From: a candidate division WWE3 bacterium
GTDB lineage: Bacteria > Patescibacteriota > 4484-211 > GCA-002791395
Reading direction: 5' to 3'
Assembly: GCA_013335095.1 (NCBI GenBank)
Contig: JAAXWF010000001.1
Location: forward strand, 214,797-278,796
Length of the DNA stretch: 64,000 nt
A model generated the notes under the pieces. It had not been told where the DNA came from. It saw only the letters and a list, made by a program, of their open reading frames with translations, and ran no database searches. Positions within the stretch are counted from its first letter, which is position 1. Each line of letters opens with the position of its first letter. The position numbers were made by a program, and so were the translations under genes. Of this stretch, positions 60,697 to 64,000 are shown in pieces.

Positions 60697-60796
60697 TACA
60701 GCGCTCCTTTTTACTACAATGGACAACCGTACAAAAGGCAGTATAACATATATAAAACCCGCAAAGAATGGATCACCGATACGATACAATACAGTG

Positions 60797-61840
60797 ATGA
60801 AAATACTTGGAATCGAAACGAGCTGCGATGAAACATCAGTAGCAATTGTCGAGGATGGAACGAAGATCATTAGTCATGTACTTGCGACAAGTTTAGAAAT
60901 CCAACAACAATATGGTGGGATCGTGCCTGAAGTAGCCTCACGTAAACAGGCCGAATATATGATCCCAGTATTACACGAAGCAATAAAAAAAAGAGGCCTC
61001 ACCATTGATGAGATTGATGCAATTGGAGTAACGGTTGGACCAGGATTAATGGGATCATTAATGGTTGGACTAGAGACCGCTAAAACACTCAGCTATATTT
61101 GGCAAAAACCACTCATACCGGTTAATCATTTAATTGGGCATATCTACTCGGGATGGTTGGATTCAAACGCAACAATACCACCTCAATTCCCATTAATGGC
61201 TGTGGTTGCATCGGGTGGGCATACCGATGTCGTATTAATGCACGATCATGGGCAAATTGAACTATTAGGAGCGACACGAGATGATGCGATTGGCGAAGCG
61301 TTTGATAAAGTGGCCAGGCTTCTAGATCTACCGTATCCAGGCGGTCCACAAATTGAAAAATTAGCTCAACAGGGTGATCCGCGTGCGTTCGACTTCCCTC
61401 GCCCATTACTCCATAGTCAAGACATCGAATTTTCGTATAGTGGATTAAAGACAGCGGTGTTATATGAGACTAAAAAGATAGATACGTTAACCGATCAAAT
61501 AAGAGCTGATCTAGCTGCATCTTTCCAACAAGCCGCCTTTGAAACGTTAGTTATTAAGACTATGCAGGCAGCAAAAAGGTTTGATATTACCTCACTTCTA
61601 CTTACCGGTGGTGTTGCTGCCAATCAATATCTTAAAAGTATGTTCATAAGCTATGCTCAAAAGGAAATACCACACGTACAACTGTATACTCCACCACTCT
61701 CCTTAGCGACCGATAATGCGACCTACATAGCGGCAGCGGCTTACTTTACTCAAAAAGCATCGTTAGATCCGAAAATTAACGAACAACAGCTGGCTGAATT
61801 AGAACCGAATCCATCATTACTGGTAACTGACCAACTATAG
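60797..61840 (+). CDS. tsaD: tRNA N6-adenosine threonylcarbamoyltransferase TsaD
   Basis: MKILGIETSCDET, NHLIGH, SGGHT, DDAIGEAFDK, TDNA. Confidence 0.97.
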   Translation: MKILGIETSCDETSVAIVEDGTKIISHVLATSLEIQQQYGGIVPEVASRKQAEYMIPVLHEAIKKRGLTIDEIDAIGVTVGPGLMGSLMVGLETAKTLSYIWQKPLIPVNHLIGHIYSGWLDSNATIPPQFPLMAVVASGGHTDVVLMHDHGQIELLGATRDDAIGEAFDKVARLLDLPYPGGPQIEKLAQQGDPRAFDFPRPLLHSQDIEFSYSGLKTAVLYETKKIDTLTDQIRADLAASFQQAAFETLVIKTMQAAKRFDITSLLLTGGVAANQYLKSMFISYAQKEIPHVQLYTPPLSLATDNATYIAAAAYFTQKASLDPKINEQQLAELEPNPSLLVTDQL

Positions 61841-61892
61841 CTCTGCGATTTTTTGGGCAATGCCCTTTTGACTAGAAGCCTATAATCACTTT

Positions 61893-62540
61893 ATGTATTT
61901 CTCATTAAAGCAAGATACTGATGAAAAGCTCGCCATAGCGGCCGTAGTAGAAACAATCAAGAAAGGAGGAGTCTGCCTACTCCCAACCGATACCTGCTAT
62001 ATTTTAGCGGTCGATGGACGAAACGAACATGCAATCGAAAAAGTGTTCAAAATCAAAGGTCGAGATTCTCAAAAACCAATTCATTTGAATATACCCGAGA
62101 CTTCGATGTTAAACACACTGGTTCATACTAACCCGAGGGCACAAACCATCGTTGAAACATACTTTCCAGGTCCACTTACGGTAGTTTTAAACAAAAAGTC
62201 CCACGTTTCAGATCTACTAACTGGTGGACTTCCAACGCTTGGCCTAAGAATGCCAGATCACTTTTTTATCCATCGGCTGAACACACAGATAACCACACCA
62301 TACACGACTACATCGGCTAATAAATCAGGTTGCCCAACCCCTTATTCTGTAGCAGAGGCACTCGCTCAACTCGATCAATCTCAAATAGATACTATTATTG
62401 ACGTCGGGGTACTTCCATTCAGGCCAACTTCTACAGTTGTAGACTTAACGACAAACAAGATAAAAATATTGCGTGAAGGGCCAATTTCAATTGAACAACT
62501 ACTACTGACACTGGGAATCCGGAACGATAAACGTGAGTGA
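61893..62540 (+). CDS. tsaC: threonylcarbamoyl-AMP synthase (TsaC/YrdC)
   Basis: PTDTCY, KGRDSQKP, PGPLT, TSANKSG, STVVD. Confidence 0.95.
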   Translation: MYFSLKQDTDEKLAIAAVVETIKKGGVCLLPTDTCYILAVDGRNEHAIEKVFKIKGRDSQKPIHLNIPETSMLNTLVHTNPRAQTIVETYFPGPLTVVLNKKSHVSDLLTGGLPTLGLRMPDHFFIHRLNTQITTPYTTTSANKSGCPTPYSVAEALAQLDQSQIDTIIDVGVLPFRPTSTVVDLTTNKIKILREGPISIEQLLLTLGIRNDKRE

Positions 62541-64000
62541 ATACGGTTCAGTTCTTGATGGCAACTCTCGTTCCGACCATTGAATTGACTCAGAATTTGG
62601 TGCTCCGACTGATCCGAGTTTCATTTTAGTGCTTGGCAGAGGCAGGCTTAACGTTAAATATTCGGAAGCATCAACCGATAGAATTCCCACTTGGCGAACA
62701 TAACTATCATCGGAGCGTTCAGCAGAATAGGTGAATAAATCCGAAGTAATCGTAACGGTCTTGGCAGCATCCTTACCATCGACGATTCGATCTACTAACT
62801 CATACGTGCCTACTGGTTTTCGATGATTGGGACAAACAAGTCCAATCTCTAGATCCCACGATTTCGCACGAGTAGGCGTGGTAACAACCTGTACAGTGGC
62901 TTGGTTTGAACTCATTGAATTTAACGAAATGGTGAGGCCGTTTTTCTCGTCGGTAAATGATTGAGTTGTCGTAACGTTAGCATCACTCCAATTATTTTTA
63001 GTATCAGATGTAACATCAACCAGATAAGAATTGCCGCGGGCAGAATTAATTGAATCAGCTTTATAAATTAACAGTCCGGATAAGTCAGGCCGATATTCGA
63101 CATAATACCCACCTAATTCATCCGACGACGAAATTGGGATAATAATACCGCGGAATGTGTCTGCAGGAGTCGTTGAGTCAGAATCCGAAATAAGAGAGTA
63201 TTCTTTATCCACATCCCCAACATGATAGGCAATCGCCGAAGAAGATATCCATCCTAAACGGTATTTGTCGTATATCGAAAAAGTCATCCCGTTTTCAGAC
63301 ATGACACTATAGGGATCGCTAAACAATGAAATATCGCAATATTCGGACTCGTTACGTATTGGTTTAGTGCAAACCGTTGCATGAGCACTCCCTGCCCCAA
63401 TTGCATATCCGAGCGAAGACAGTACGCTCGACTGCTTAATATCGCCGTTAATCCAAATTTCACCAGAGGTTGAGGTCTTTATAGACCAGTCACAAGAAGA
63501 AGTGTGCGGCATTACAAAAATGGAGATGTCACCAAACAAAGCTGACGAGTCATCTTCCTTAATAACTTCACCTAATTGGTTCTTCCAAAGTGAAGGATCA
63601 CAATTTAGCGACGAACTATCAATGGTCTTTTTAAGATAGATGGTGGGTAGGTCGGTTGTGGTTCCAGCCAGCGTTAAATTATGCATAGATTGAGTTTCAA
63701 AAAGAGTTCGAGCGACCTCTAAATTCGATTTCAGTTTAGCAGGTCGATCATTTGGCCCGCTTAAATCCTGAAAATCAAATGGAATAGCCGTAACAGATCT
63801 TCTTCCAATGCTTAATGTATGAGGCAGTGCAGTTGCTTCAATAGCCGAATTATCATTTATGGCTAAATACTTATCTAATAAAAAACCACTGGCTTTAACC
63901 ATGCCGGGTAAAAGTAATATCGTGCCGTCGGACCCTATAAGATGGTATCGTTTCTCATCGTAAGTTCGAAGATAATAAGAGACTTCATCGGTTGTATTAT
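62502..64000 (-). CDS. extracellular M11/M6 metzincin-like protein with degenerate Zn motif (5' end outside window)
   Basis: DPYSVM, KYRLGWI, YYVEYR, GLLIY motifs; frame has no stop between 63902 and the window end. Confidence 0.65.
   Translation of the reverse strand, partial: NTTDEVSYYLRTYDEKRYHLIGSDGTILLLPGMVKASGFLLDKYLAINDNSAIEATALPHTLSIGRRSVTAIPFDFQDLSGPNDRPAKLKSNLEVARTLFETQSMHNLTLAGTTTDLPTIYLKKTIDSSSLNCDPSLWKNQLGEVIKEDDSSALFGDISIFVMPHTSSCDWSIKTSTSGEIWINGDIKQSSVLSSLGYAIGAGSAHATVCTKPIRNESEYCDISLFSDPYSVMSENGMTFSIYDKYRLGWISSSAIAYHVGDVDKEYSLISDSDSTTPADTFRGIIIPISSSDELGGYYVEYRPDLSGLLIYKADSINSARGNSYLVDVTSDTKNNWSDANVTTTQSFTDEKNGLTISLNSMSSNQATVQVVTTPTRAKSWDLEIGLVCPNHRKPVGTYELVDRIVDGKDAAKTVTITSDLFTYSAERSDDSYVRQVGILSVDASEYLTLSLPLPSTKMKLGSVGAPNSESIQWSERELPSRTEPYSLTFIVPDSQCQ

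Overview
Core-genome segment of a small-genome bacterium, most likely Patescibacteria/CPR of Microgenomates type (inferred from the missing rpmD/L30, short L3, short AlaRS and ATP synthase delta, and CPR-style hypothetical genes); standard genetic code. It carries the F1Fo ATP synthase operon (atpBEFHAGD, atpD cut by the left edge), a permuted ribosomal superoperon in three blocks (rplC..rplO; rpsL-rpsG-fusA-tuf-rpsJ; secY..rpsI), alaS, rnj, udg, a protease-less Lon AAA module, comF, smpB+tmRNA, lepA, tsaD, tsaC, tRNA-Pro(GGG) and tRNA-Cys(GCA). The accessory parts are the most interesting. (i) A ~14 kb secreted/cell-envelope locus (15.3-29.4 kb) has a permuted SpoIID, an M15+M23 protein and what looks like one LytM/M23 domain split between two adjacent in-frame genes. 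(ii) A GC-richer orphan gene is wrapped in highly structured 5' and 3' RNA (29.5-30.7 kb). (iii) A GC-richer islet between lepA and tsaD encodes two paralogous XRE-like HTH proteins and a Zn-ribbon fused to a lone sigma70 region 4. Most housekeeping unit starts look leaderless (-10 box 6-9 nt before the start codon), while the orphan genes, atpE and tuf have strong Shine-Dalgarno sites. No CRISPR array, rRNA, integrase or transposase was seen. All calls are by eye; no searches or folding programs were run.
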